Assembly (NCBI GenBank): GCA_964425585.1
Contig: CAYRMG010000002.1
Coordinates: forward strand, 15,274 to 79,273
Length of the DNA stretch: 64,000 bases
Reading direction: 5' to 3'
Source: an uncultured Aquifex sp.
Lineage (GTDB): Bacteria > Aquificota > Aquificia > Aquificales > Aquificaceae
The translations under genes were made by a program, and so were the position numbers. The notes under the pieces were generated by a model. The model saw nothing but the letters and a program-made list of their open reading frames with translations. It was not told the origin of the DNA and searched no databases. Below are positions 39,036 to 50,643 of the stretch, one piece after another (within the stretch, counting starts at the first letter, position 1; every line of letters starts with the position of its first letter).

Positions 39036-41846
39036 ATGGGTATTCTTGACAAAATTCTGAAGAAGAAAGAAGAGGGAAAGGAAAGCTCCGTAGAGTTCAC
39101 CGTAGGAGATATACATCTCAGACACGTTCCCGTAAAGAGAGACCCCGATGCAAAGATAGAAGAATACTGGATAGAGACCCTTGATGTATCGGAGGACGCT
39201 TACTGGGTTCTTGTGGGAAGAAGACACGGGGTTTTCCAGCTTTACGACTGGGCGGGAAATCTTCACAGGCTTCCATCAAAGCCTCCCGCTCAATCGGTAA
39301 CGGATATCCTTTTTAGAGGCAAGTATCTGGGTATCGTTGCACCCCCTTACCTTGTCATTTATTACCTTGAAAATCCGAAAGACCCGAAAACCTGGAAAAG
39401 CGTAAGGATATCCCAGGAAGGACTGAGACCGACGGGCGGTCTTGATATAAGGAAGGGAACCCTCGCCTTCGGTGTTGTCGGAGAAAAGGTTTACGTAATA
39501 GACCTTTCGGGAGACCTAACTCAGACAACCGTTGATTTTAAGAGCACGTTCATATACAGGGATGCGGAAATAGGAGACCTGAGAACCATAAAGATACTTC
39601 CTAACGGAAAGCTATTTCTCAGCGGAACTCAGGGAAGCGGTGTCTTTTCCATAGGGGGAAACCTCCTCAGAAAGATACCCTACGCGGGAAATAGAGCGGT
39701 TGCCCTTTATGAGGATAAGGTTTACATAGCGGACAACGAAAAGCAAAAAATAGCTATCTACGACTCCACACTTGATAGGATTGAGGGAGAGTTAGACCTC
39801 GTTCACAGGGTGGGAAGGATAGATGTTTCCCCAGACGGAGGCTATCTCTTTACCGCGGATGAAGAGGAAAACAGACTGGGAATCTACAACCTTAAGGAAA
39901 ATAGCTTCCTTGATTTTATAAATGGATTCGGATACAGTGTCGTGAGAGTAGCTCCCGACGGAAGCGTATACACCTCAAGGTATGAAGACGTAGAAGGAAG
40001 GAGGTATTACTATCTTGAAAAATTTGAAACGAACCTGATAGACTTTGTTTACCCCAAAGAAAGACAAAAGCAGATAATAAAGAACGCTCAAAACATATAT
40101 AAGGCGTTTAAGAAATACATAGATGAGGCAAAAACCGAAGACCAACTCCAAACGGTGAAGCCCCTTGAGGAGCTGGAAAGCATAAGCGTTCCTTTAAAAG
40201 AGGTAAGAAGCCTCATTCTAAAGGCAAGGGAAGAACTATCAAGAAGAAAACTTGAGGTATTTATAAATACCCTTAAGGAAAAGCTAAGGGAAGGAAGCTT
40301 TACGGGTCAGGATTATGCGAAACTAAAGGAAAGGCTTGAGGAAGTAAGCGGGGAGTGGGAGGAAAAACTTAATCAACTGAAAGAAGAAGCGGAGAGGTTT
40401 TTTGAAGAGAAGTTAAGAGAACATCTCAAAAAGGTGAAGGAAGCAATAACCAAGTCCAAAGTGACAAACTTCACGGATATGGAAAGTTTACCCGAAGTTA
40501 AAGAGACGCGAAAGTTTATATCAACTCTTCCCAGGGAGTTTTCAAACTATGCAAACGAAGAACTCCTCAAAACCCTTCAGGAGAGAATAATAGAGGACAG
40601 GCTCAAAACATTTTCTATAAAGCTTTTTGAGGATAAGGTTGTCTTCGGCAGGGAAGAAGTAGAAAAGTTCAAACCACAACCCGTAAGGTATAAGTGGCAT
40701 CTGAAGGTTGAGGATAAATTTATCCAGGACGGGAAGGTCTACGCAAGGATAGCTTTTGAAAGGGAAGATGGGCTACTTGTTGAGCCAAAAAGGTATAATA
40801 ACATAGTTGAACAGGACAGCGTAAGACACTTCCCCGAGTGGGTGGGAAGGTATTTAAAACACCTGAACGGTTTGTGTTCAACGGAACCTTACCGTGTTCC
40901 CGACTTTGTTTCCTTTGAGGATACACCGTGGTTCGTTCAAAACCTTGAGAGATTTGCCTCACTCGTCAAAGAACAGCTTGCCTACCAGGAAGGTATCCTC
41001 ATACTTGAGGGAGACGCGGGTGTGGGAAAGAACTTCCTCGTTGAGGTATTTTCCGCCCTGACAAACAGACCGCTTTTTATAATCCCCTGCAACTCAAAGA
41101 TGGAAAAAGAGGATATAACCTTCGTTTACGAGTTTGACCCGAAGAGGGGAACAAAGAGGGTTTACTCCGACCTTGTAAAAGCTTTAAAAACACCGGGAGC
41201 TGTGATATACCTTGATGAGATAAACACACTTCCCCCTTCCCTTGTCAAGATATTTAACCCCCTGTTTGACTACAGGAGGTATCTGGTTCTTTCCTACGGC
41301 GAAGTGGTAAAGGCAAGACCCGATGTTATACTGGTAGGAGGAATGAATCCCCAAAACTACCTTGGTGTTTCGGAACTCCCTCAGGATATAAAGTCAAGGG
41401 CTGACATAATGTATGTTGATTATCCCCCCTTTGAAGATGAAAAGGGCTTTTATTACCCCGATGAAGCACTAATTTTAAGGGATTACGTGGACACATTAGC
41501 TTCCCTGACCAAGGAAGAGTTTACGTATCTTTGGTATTACGTTGTGAACGATGTGAAAACGGAACTCGGGGAAAAACTGAAAACACCCGAAAGGGAAAGG
41601 GATATAAGACTACTTTTTGAACTGCTAAAGATTGCAAATGAGATAAGGAGAGCTTACAGGGCATACCAAACCCAGCAATCCGAGGAACCGGTAGAGTTTG
41701 TATTTTCTATAAGGGATACAATAAGGTGTGCGAGAAGGTTGAAAAAATACGGAGATGCTAAGAAAGTGGTAATAGAAACGATAATTCCCAAAATCAGTTC
41801 ACCCCTTGAGAAGGAGATAGTAAGGAGTATAGTTGAAAGGGTTTAA
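39036..41846 (+). CDS. Beta-propeller + helical region + MoxR/CbbQ-type (AAA_5) ATPase fusion
   Basis: WD40/YVTN-like blades (DVSED, DVSPDGGYL, VAPDGSVY); Walker A GDAGVGKN; Walker B IYLDEIN; GGMNP; ELPQDIKSR; FSIRD. Confidence 0.82.
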   Translation: MGILDKILKKKEEGKESSVEFTVGDIHLRHVPVKRDPDAKIEEYWIETLDVSEDAYWVLVGRRHGVFQLYDWAGNLHRLPSKPPAQSVTDILFRGKYLGIVAPPYLVIYYLENPKDPKTWKSVRISQEGLRPTGGLDIRKGTLAFGVVGEKVYVIDLSGDLTQTTVDFKSTFIYRDAEIGDLRTIKILPNGKLFLSGTQGSGVFSIGGNLLRKIPYAGNRAVALYEDKVYIADNEKQKIAIYDSTLDRIEGELDLVHRVGRIDVSPDGGYLFTADEEENRLGIYNLKENSFLDFINGFGYSVVRVAPDGSVYTSRYEDVEGRRYYYLEKFETNLIDFVYPKERQKQIIKNAQNIYKAFKKYIDEAKTEDQLQTVKPLEELESISVPLKEVRSLILKAREELSRRKLEVFINTLKEKLREGSFTGQDYAKLKERLEEVSGEWEEKLNQLKEEAERFFEEKLREHLKKVKEAITKSKVTNFTDMESLPEVKETRKFISTLPREFSNYANEELLKTLQERIIEDRLKTFSIKLFEDKVVFGREEVEKFKPQPVRYKWHLKVEDKFIQDGKVYARIAFEREDGLLVEPKRYNNIVEQDSVRHFPEWVGRYLKHLNGLCSTEPYRVPDFVSFEDTPWFVQNLERFASLVKEQLAYQEGILILEGDAGVGKNFLVEVFSALTNRPLFIIPCNSKMEKEDITFVYEFDPKRGTKRVYSDLVKALKTPGAVIYLDEINTLPPSLVKIFNPLFDYRRYLVLSYGEVVKARPDVILVGGMNPQNYLGVSELPQDIKSRADIMYVDYPPFEDEKGFYYPDEALILRDYVDTLASLTKEEFTYLWYYVVNDVKTELGEKLKTPERERDIRLLFELLKIANEIRRAYRAYQTQQSEEPVEFVFSIRDTIRCARRLKKYGDAKKVVIETIIPKISSPLEKEIVRSIVERV

Positions 41847-41854
41847 TTTTAAAT

Positions 41855-42235
41855 ATGGAAGAAAAGGAATTTAGCTCAATTAACGTGATACCACTGGTTG
41901 ACATTATGCTGGTTCTCCTTACAATCGTTTTGACTACCGCCACATTTATAGTTAGGGGAGATATTCCCGTTGAGATTCCGAAAGCTCAAAGCGGAGAAGC
42001 GGTTCGGGAAAAAGGTATCGTTATAACTATAACTTCTAAGGGCATTGTTTACTATAACTCCGAGAAAGTTTCGTATAATGAGCTTAAAGAAAAGCTGAAG
42101 GCACTGAACAATACGGTTCCCGTTGAAATAAGAGCTGACAGGTCTGCAAAGGTGGAATATCTGGTAAAGGTTCTTGACCTATTGAATAGTCTCGGTTTTA
42201 AAAATGTCAGTTTAGCGGTTGAGAAATCTGCTTAA
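41855..42235 (+). CDS. exbD: Biopolymer transport protein ExbD/TolR
   Basis: INVIPLVDIMLVLLTIVL TM motif; IRADRSAKVEYLVKVLD. Confidence 0.9.
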   Translation: MEEKEFSSINVIPLVDIMLVLLTIVLTTATFIVRGDIPVEIPKAQSGEAVREKGIVITITSKGIVYYNSEKVSYNELKEKLKALNNTVPVEIRADRSAKVEYLVKVLDLLNSLGFKNVSLAVEKSA

Positions 42236-42246
42236 ATTAATTCATT

Positions 42247-42453
42247 ATGAAAGAGGTTGAGCTGAAGATAGAGGGTATGACCTGCATGCATTGTGTGAAC
42301 ACAGTAAAAAGGGCTCTTCAGGGTGTTGAGGGCGTTTCCGAGGTTGATGTATCCCTGGAAGAAAAAAGGGCTTATGTAAGGCTTGAGAAAGAAGTCCCTT
42401 ATCAAACCCTGAAGAAGGCTGTGGAAGAGTGGGGATACAAGGTCGTAGATTAA
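42247..42453 (+). CDS. copZ: Copper chaperone (HMA domain)
   Basis: IEGMTCMHCV metal-binding motif; 68 aa; ends GY. Confidence 0.9.
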   Translation: MKEVELKIEGMTCMHCVNTVKRALQGVEGVSEVDVSLEEKRAYVRLEKEVPYQTLKKAVEEWGYKVVD

Positions 42454-42482
42454 TTGAAAATCATTCTCAATTGCAATAAATT
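42452..42482 (+). promoter_or_regulatory. Fur/PerR-box-like palindrome overlapping the putative prfB promoter
   Basis: AATTGAAAAT-C-ATTCTCAATT (42452-42472); TTGAAA (42454)-17 nt-TAAATT (42477). Confidence 0.55.
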
Positions 42483-42493
42483 TAAATTTAGCG

Positions 42494-43600
42494 ATGCTTG
42501 AGCTTAAAGGTAAAATCTCGGAACTTAGAGAACGGTTTGAGGATGTAAAAAAGGTATTAAAACCCGAGGAGCTTGAACAAGAGTTAAAGAAACTGGATGA
42601 AAAAATGTCCGCTCCGGACTTTTGGAACGACCAAGAAAAGGCAAAGGAAACGGTGCAAAGGAGGAAGTGGGTTGAGGAAACCCTTGAGAAGATAAAGAGT
42701 CTTGAAAAATCAATAAAAGATATTGAGGAGCTCGGAGAGATAACACCCGAGGAAGACACCGAAACGTGGGCTATGATAGATGAGGAAGTAAACACGATAG
42801 AAAAGGATTTAAAGGAGCTGGAGCTTAAAACGTATCTTTCGGGAGAGGTTGACCACAAGAATGCGTATCTAATGATACAGGCGGGAGCGGGAGGAACGGA
42901 GGCTTGCGATTGGGCGGATATGCTTTTCAGGATGTATAAAAGGTGGGCGGAAAGAAAGGGTTTTGAGGTTGAGATAGTTGATATAACGCCCGATGACGTT
43001 GCGGGAATAAAGAGCGTTACTATGCTTATTAAAGGGCCTTACGCTTACGGATATCTAAAGGGTGAACAGGGTGTTCACAGGCTTGTTAGAATTTCTCCCT
43101 TTGATGCGAATGCAAGAAGGCACACGTCCTTTGCAGCGGTTTCGGTAATGCCCCAGATAGACGAAGAGATAAACATAGAAATAAAGCCCGAGGATTTAAA
43201 GATAGAAACATTCAGGGCTTCGGGTGCGGGCGGTCAATACGTAAATAAAACCGATACTGCGGTGAGGATAACCCATATACCGACGGGTATAACGGTAAGC
43301 TGTCAACAGGAAAGGTCTCAATACCAAAACAAGAGGAAAGCCCTTGAACTTTTAAAGGCAAAGCTCTATCAGCTTGAGCTCCAAAAGCTTGAAGAGAAGA
43401 AAAAGCAATACGAAGGCGAAAAGACGGATATAGGTTGGGGACATCAGATAAGGTCATACGTTTTCCACCCTTATAAACTCGTGAAGGATTTGAGGACGGG
43501 ATACGAAACGGGAAACGTTGATGCGGTAATGGACGGAGAAATAGACGAGTTTATAGAAAGCTACCTGAAGTGGAAAAAGCAAAAGGAAAATAGAAATTAA
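42494..43600 (+). CDS. prfB: Peptide chain release factor 2, uninterrupted ORF
   Basis: SPF specificity tripeptide (RISPFD), GGQ motif, WGHQIRSY. Confidence 0.96.
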   Translation: MLELKGKISELRERFEDVKKVLKPEELEQELKKLDEKMSAPDFWNDQEKAKETVQRRKWVEETLEKIKSLEKSIKDIEELGEITPEEDTETWAMIDEEVNTIEKDLKELELKTYLSGEVDHKNAYLMIQAGAGGTEACDWADMLFRMYKRWAERKGFEVEIVDITPDDVAGIKSVTMLIKGPYAYGYLKGEQGVHRLVRISPFDANARRHTSFAAVSVMPQIDEEINIEIKPEDLKIETFRASGAGGQYVNKTDTAVRITHIPTGITVSCQQERSQYQNKRKALELLKAKLYQLELQKLEEKKKQYEGEKTDIGWGHQIRSYVFHPYKLVKDLRTGYETGNVDAVMDGEIDEFIESYLKWKKQKENRN

Positions 43601-44467
43601 TCAGGCTATTACGACCGATTCATTACCCTTTTCATCTTCGCCGAATCCTTCCACAAGAACGCTAAGCATCTTTGCAGCTTCAACTAAAGTGTAAGTTAAA
43701 ACCTCATCCCTCAGCATAAAGGGAAGCGGAAGCTCATATATGACCTTTGCATATCCCTTGTCAAGCTTAATATTAACGCTCAGCGTTCCCCTTTCAAAAT
43801 CTTTCTCAACTTCGTTGGATATTTCCTTTACGGGAACGACTTTTATACCCCTCAGGTTGAACTCTTTTTTCAGACCCGTTAAGTAATCCTTCGGTTCCTT
43901 GCTTTCCCTTAAAAGTTTAAAAACCTTTCTCAAACTGTTTAACATTCTTTTCTCCCTTTCAAATCGGGAAAACTCATTCAAAAGTGTTCTGTAGTCTTTT
44001 CTCAGCTTTAGTATTCTTCTCCTTTCCTTTCCTATAACCGTGGCATACTCAAAGTTGTAAGAGCTGAAGAAAATACCCAAGAAAAGCAAGAGATGTGCGG
44101 TAAGTATAAGGGGTAAGGAAAGAAAGTAATAAAAGGATAAGCCGAAGGCGGATAAGGTTATAAGGAAAGCTACGATAGTTTTTCTCCAGGAATAGAGGGC
44201 TATGAGTATAGCTAAAGCGTATATGGTCAGGAAACTCCCCGATAGGAATATAAAAGCGGGAACCAAAACTATATCAAGCAGGAGCGAAATAAATTTAAGG
44301 AATCTCGGCCTTGTGAATATGTATATGTAGACATTTGTAAGGAAGTAAAATCCGAGGAGAAAAGCGGGAAGGTAATCTATATTCTTTAGGGTTAAGAAGA
44401 GTGAGAGATACAGGGATACGAAAAGCCGCGCTACGAAGAAAATATCTTTCTTAATTTTTTCCAGCAT
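43601..44467 (-). CDS. Hypothetical multi-pass membrane protein with a coiled coil and cytoplasmic domain
   Basis: About five hydrophobic segments in the N-terminal half, then a charged helix and an alpha/beta tail; downstream of pyrG. Confidence 0.72.
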   Translation of the reverse strand: MLEKIKKDIFFVARLFVSLYLSLFLTLKNIDYLPAFLLGFYFLTNVYIYIFTRPRFLKFISLLLDIVLVPAFIFLSGSFLTIYALAILIALYSWRKTIVAFLITLSAFGLSFYYFLSLPLILTAHLLLFLGIFFSSYNFEYATVIGKERRRILKLRKDYRTLLNEFSRFEREKRMLNSLRKVFKLLRESKEPKDYLTGLKKEFNLRGIKVVPVKEISNEVEKDFERGTLSVNIKLDKGYAKVIYELPLPFMLRDEVLTYTLVEAAKMLSVLVEGFGEDEKGNESVVIA

Positions 44468-44495
44468 TAAATAAAAAAATACCTTAAAAATCCGT

Positions 44496-46097
<1,602 letters not shown>

Positions 46098-47624
46098 TTA
46101 TAAATTCTTGAGCTCCCTGTATTTTCTCTTAACAAATTCAACAGCTTCTTCTTTTGTTTTTACCTCTCCCTCTATCTGGGCGTCTATCAGGGCTTTTTTA
46201 AGTTCTCCTACGATTTTCCCGGGTCTTATGCCGAGTATCTCCATAATTTCATTTCCGTCAAGCAGGGGTTTGAGTGCATTCTTATCGTATTCGTTTCTTT
46301 TGAAACTCTCAAGTTCCGCTATAGTTTCAAGAAGGGCTTTTATCTCCTCTTCGTCATCACCGCTTGCATAAGCGTCTGCAATGGAAAGCAGGAATAAATG
46401 GGGTGCTATATCTCCGCACTCCCTCCAGAAATTGGCCATGCCTCTCCTTTTTAGCTCTCCTTTCTTAAAAGCTTCCCGCAGATAGAAAGGTCTCAGGTGG
46501 TATCTCACGAGCTTTGCTATAAACTCCGTTACCTCATCTCCCCATCTTAGCTTTTCTCCCGTTTCCCTTACTATGTTTGCTCCCACCTTGTCGTGTTCAT
46601 AAAAGGTTACTTTGCCCTCCCTTATCTTGAATGTGTAAGGTTTACCTATATCGTGAAAGAGAGCTCCCCATTTTAGGAGTTCAATATCCGTAAACTCGCC
46701 GAGATACCTCTTTCTTCCGAAATCCTTAAGGAGTTCGCTGCTAAGATACCTTGCTCTTTCTTCTATAACTTTCTCAAGGAACTCAAGGGTTTTGAATGTG
46801 TGTTCATCAAGGGGATATATGTGATGTTCCCCCTGGTTCTTTATATCTTTCAATCTTCCGAACTGGGGAATAATGGCCTGAAGTATACCGTAGTCGTAAA
46901 GCTCCCTGAAGACTTTAAAAGATGTCTTTTCCTTCATTATCTTAAATAGCTCATGGGTTATCCTCTCCGGTGCGGATTTCATGACGAGGGAAGGATTCTC
47001 TTTAACGAATTGGTAGAAATCTTCCGTAAGCTGGAGGTTTTTCTCAACAGCTATCCTGAAACCCCTTAAAATTCTCACCGGGTCCTTTTTTAGATTCTCA
47101 AGGGATACGGGCCTCAAAAGCCCTTGTTCTAAATCTTTTATTCCCCCCGTGGGGTCAAATACTATGGTTTGCTTGGCACCTATGCTGAGAACATCGTCAA
47201 GGTTAACCGCTATCGCATTTGCGGTAAAGTCCCTTTCCTTTAAATCTTCCATTAATGCCTTTTCAAGGTTCTTTCCCTTCAAAGGAGAGAAATCAAAGCG
47301 ATACCTGTAGGGAGGAAGGTGAAGAACAACAGTAGCTATTACGGGTCTCTTTATCAGAAATCCTTTCTTTTCAAAAACGAAGAAATGTCCGCCTATTCTT
47401 TCCGCAAGCTTTTTTGCAACCTCAACGGGGTCTGCGGTTGTAAGGAAATCAACATCTATGTTGTATCCCACCGGTTCTCCCAGTATCCTGTCCCTTACCC
47501 AGCCTCCCACTATAAAGCAGTAGTCTTCCCTGGGAAGAACCTTTGCGACGTCGTCAAAGTAGGAAAGATAGAAGTTAAGTCCGTGGAGCGTATGCTTTCC
47601 CGAAGAGACTATTTCTATATCCAT
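46098..47624 (-). CDS. Class II tRNA nucleotidyltransferase with HD domain, probably the CC-adding enzyme
   Basis: VGGWVRD, DVD, RDFTANA, DPTGG, DPVRILR, ERI, FHDIGK. Resembles my recollection of the Aquifex CC-adding enzyme. Confidence 0.85.
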   Translation of the reverse strand: MDIEIVSSGKHTLHGLNFYLSYFDDVAKVLPREDYCFIVGGWVRDRILGEPVGYNIDVDFLTTADPVEVAKKLAERIGGHFFVFEKKGFLIKRPVIATVVLHLPPYRYRFDFSPLKGKNLEKALMEDLKERDFTANAIAVNLDDVLSIGAKQTIVFDPTGGIKDLEQGLLRPVSLENLKKDPVRILRGFRIAVEKNLQLTEDFYQFVKENPSLVMKSAPERITHELFKIMKEKTSFKVFRELYDYGILQAIIPQFGRLKDIKNQGEHHIYPLDEHTFKTLEFLEKVIEERARYLSSELLKDFGRKRYLGEFTDIELLKWGALFHDIGKPYTFKIREGKVTFYEHDKVGANIVRETGEKLRWGDEVTEFIAKLVRYHLRPFYLREAFKKGELKRRGMANFWRECGDIAPHLFLLSIADAYASGDDEEEIKALLETIAELESFKRNEYDKNALKPLLDGNEIMEILGIRPGKIVGELKKALIDAQIEGEVKTKEEAVEFVKRKYRELKNL

Positions 47625-47690
47625 GAAAGATAAATATATCTTTCCCTTTTCCTTTTATTCAATGAATGAATCATTTAAACAAACTCACAA

Positions 47691-47722
47691 AAATTGATTT
47701 ATAAGTCAATTTAGAATAAAAT
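47691..47722 (+). promoter_or_regulatory. nap promoter with an overlapping 22-bp palindrome
   Basis: TTGATT (47694)-17 nt-TAAAAT (47717); AAATTGATTTATAAGTCAATTT inverted repeat at 47691-47712. Confidence 0.6.
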
Positions 47723-47770
47723 CAATTATATGAGATATGTCAGGCAGTCTTTAGTCGGCGGAGGTGGAAG

Positions 47771-50635
47771 ATGAAGCAAAATAACAAGGTTCAAGTCAGC
47801 AGAAGGGAGTTTTTAAAGCTCAGTGCGGCTGTTGCAGCTGCGACTGCGGTCGGAATTCCCGTTCCCGAGGAAGTTATGGCTGCGGCAGGAGAAGCTCAAG
47901 AAGGGTGGCAGTGGGATAAAGCCGTTTGTCGTTTCTGCGGAACGGGATGCGGAATAATGGTAGCTACCAAAAATGACAGGATAGTTGCGGTAAAAGGAGA
48001 CCCCCTAAACCCCGTAAACAGGGGTCTTAACTGTATTAAAGGATATTTCACGGCAAAGATAATGTATGGTGAAGACAGACTTACAAAACCGCTCCTCAGG
48101 GTAAACGAAAAGGGAGAGTTTGACAAGAAAGGAAAGTTCAGACCCGTTAGCTGGAAGAAGGCGTATGAGGTTATGGTAAAGAAATTCAAGGAAGCCTATA
48201 ACGAACTGGGTCCCGAAGGAATTGCTATATTCGCTTCAGGCCAATACACGATAATGGAAGGGTATGCAGCTGCAAAACTCATGAAAGCGGGTTTTCGTTC
48301 AAATAACATAGACCCCAACGCGAGGCACTGTATGGCATCCGCTGTTGCCGCGTTTATTCAAACCTTCGGTATAGATGAACCTGCAGGATGTTATGACGAC
48401 ATAGAACTCACAGATACCTTCGTCATCTGGGGCTCAAATATGGCCGAGATGCACCCTGTTCTGTGGGCAAGGGTTCTTGATAGAAAGCTTTCCAATCCGG
48501 ATAGGGTTAAGGTAGTTGTTCTTTCAACATTCAGGCATATGACTATGGACGGTGCGGATATAGATATAATTTTCAAGCCCCAGACGGACCTCCTGATACA
48601 GAACTACATACTGAGGGAAATCGTTTATAACCACCCGGAGGCCATAGACTGGGATTTTGTGAACAACTACTGTGCCTTTGCCACGGGATACATAGACATA
48701 GGTTACGGTATGCGGGATAATCCCAACCATCCTAAATACAGCAAAAAGGAAAGGGAAACTATGATAAAGGAAATCGTAAAGGTAATCTCAAAAGAGGAAG
48801 CAAAAGCCCTCGGTGTTTACGGACTCAAAGAGGGTGATAAGCTTGAAATGAAACACAGGAAACAGGCGGGCAAGCACTGGGTTATCACCTTTGAGGAGTT
48901 CAAAAAAGCCTTAGAACCATACACCCTTGATTACGTTGCACAAGTTTCAAAAGGTGACCCGGACGAACCCCTTGAAGAGTTCAAGAAAAAGCTTAAAACC
49001 TTGGCAGAACTTTACATAGAAAAAGGTAGGAGGGTGGTTTCCTTCTGGACAATGGGTTTCAACCAGCATACGAGGGGAACGTGGGTAAACGAACAGATTT
49101 ACGCAATTCACCTGCTTCTCGGAAAACATGCAAAACCCGGAAGCGGTGCATTTAGCCTTACGGGACAGCCTTCCGCATGCGGAACCGCAAGGGAAGTGGG
49201 AACATTTTCCCACAGGCTTCCGGCGGATATGGTGGTCTTCAATCCCAAACACAGGGAAATAGCGGAAAGAATATGGAAGATTCCCAAAGGAACTATAAAC
49301 CCTAAGGTGGGTTCGGACATAGTTCAGATAATGAGGGATTTGGAGGACGGAAAGATTAAATGGGCCTGGGTTATGGTCTGTAATCCCTGGCAGGACTGTG
49401 CAAACGCAAATCACTGGATAAAGGCGGCGAGGAAGATGGATAACTTCATAGTTGTCTCGGAAGCTTATCCGGGTATATCCGCAAAGGTTGCGGACCTTAT
49501 CCTTCCCTCCGCGATGATATATGAAAAGTGGGGAGCTTACGGAAATTCCGAAAGGAGAACACAGCACTGGAGACAGCAGGTCACACCGCCGGGCGAAGCT
49601 ATGCCCGATGAATGGCAAATTATTGAGTTTTCTAAATTCTTTAAGCTAAAGGAAGTCTGGAAGGAGTGGAAACTAAGGGACGGAACCGTTCTTCCCAACG
49701 TCCTTGAGGAAGCAAAGAAAATGGGATACGACCCCGAGATGACCCTGTATGATGTTCTATTTTCCGAGGAGGCTTTCAAGAGAACAATACCCCACGTTGA
49801 CTTAAGGTGGCCTCAGCCGGTAGCTTATAACCCCGAAACGGGTAAACTCCATCCGAATACCACTGCGGCGGGAGATAAAAGAAAAGTTATAGGGGTTGAC
49901 GGAAAACCTTGGAAAGGTTATGGATTCTTTGTTCAAAAAGCTCTATGGGAGGAATACAGGCTTTTTGGTCTCGGACACGGGCACGACCTTGCGGACTTTG
50001 ACACATACCATAAGGTAAGAGGTCTGAGGTGGCCTGTTGTTGACGGAAAAGAAACACCCTGGAGATTTAACGCAAAATACGACCCGTATGCGAGAAAATA
50101 CGGAAAAGGAAAAGAGTTTGCTTTCTACGGTCCCGCGCTGAAAAAAATACCGAAGGGAACACTTCCCAGATTTGAGAACGGAGAGTGGAAGGTTGAACTC
50201 GGTGAAATTGTTGACCTTACAAACAGGGCAAAAATATTCTTCAGGCCGTATATGGAACCTCCCGAAATTCCGGACGAAGAATATCCCTTCTGGCTTTGCA
50301 CTGGAAGGGTGCTTGAACACTGGCACTCGGGAACTATGACGATGAGGGTTCCCGAACTATACAGGTCTATGCCGGAAGCCTTCTGCTATATGCATCCCGA
50401 TGATGCGAAGAAATTAGGTGTAAAAGACGGAGACCTTGTATGGATTGAATCAAGGAGGGGAAAGGTAAAGGCAAGGGTTTCAACCCGCGGAAGGAACAGG
50501 CCGCCGAAAGGCCTTGTATTCGTTCCCTGGTTTGACGAAAGGGTTTACATCAACAAGGTAACCCTGGATGCAAGATGTCCGATATCTAAACAAACGGACT
50601 ATAAGAAGTGTGCCGTGAAAATTTACCCCGCGTGA
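47771..50635 (+). CDS. napA: Periplasmic nitrate reductase catalytic subunit
   Basis: Tat signal SRREFLK; CRFCGTGC...CIKG [4Fe-4S]; [10 protein letters not shown] (Mo-ligand Cys); [13 protein letters not shown]; HWHSGTMT. Confidence 0.96.
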   Translation: MKQNNKVQVSRREFLKLSAAVAAATAVGIPVPEEVMAAAGEAQEGWQWDKAVCRFCGTGCGIMVATKNDRIVAVKGDPLNPVNRGLNCIKGYFTAKIMYGEDRLTKPLLRVNEKGEFDKKGKFRPVSWKKAYEVMVKKFKEAYNELGPEGIAIFASGQYTIMEGYAAAKLMKAGFRSNNIDPNARHCMASAVAAFIQTFGIDEPAGCYDDIELTDTFVIWGSNMAEMHPVLWARVLDRKLSNPDRVKVVVLSTFRHMTMDGADIDIIFKPQTDLLIQNYILREIVYNHPEAIDWDFVNNYCAFATGYIDIGYGMRDNPNHPKYSKKERETMIKEIVKVISKEEAKALGVYGLKEGDKLEMKHRKQAGKHWVITFEEFKKALEPYTLDYVAQVSKGDPDEPLEEFKKKLKTLAELYIEKGRRVVSFWTMGFNQHTRGTWVNEQIYAIHLLLGKHAKPGSGAFSLTGQPSACGTAREVGTFSHRLPADMVVFNPKHREIAERIWKIPKGTINPKVGSDIVQIMRDLEDGKIKWAWVMVCNPWQDCANANHWIKAARKMDNFIVVSEAYPGISAKVADLILPSAMIYEKWGAYGNSERRTQHWRQQVTPPGEAMPDEWQIIEFSKFFKLKEVWKEWKLRDGTVLPNVLEEAKKMGYDPEMTLYDVLFSEEAFKRTIPHVDLRWPQPVAYNPETGKLHPNTTAAGDKRKVIGVDGKPWKGYGFFVQKALWEEYRLFGLGHGHDLADFDTYHKVRGLRWPVVDGKETPWRFNAKYDPYARKYGKGKEFAFYGPALKKIPKGTLPRFENGEWKVELGEIVDLTNRAKIFFRPYMEPPEIPDEEYPFWLCTGRVLEHWHSGTMTMRVPELYRSMPEAFCYMHPDDAKKLGVKDGDLVWIESRRGKVKARVSTRGRNRPPKGLVFVPWFDERVYINKVTLDARCPISKQTDYKKCAVKIYPA

Positions 50636-50643
50636 GGTAAAGT

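Noticed and set aside
39036-41846. The AAA+ protein as the missing NorQ for norCBH
   Set aside because: It lies more than 12 kb away in a different gene context, is much larger, and has no NorD partner; Thermus-type cNORs are not known to need NorQ.
42232-42858. 208-aa minus-strand ORF spanning copZ and prfB
   Set aside because: Ser/Phe-rich shadow of well-supported plus-strand genes; no RBS or motif.
47740-47760. Possible sigma54 site (AGGCA...) upstream of napA
   Set aside because: No GC at the -12 position with GG-N10-GC spacing.
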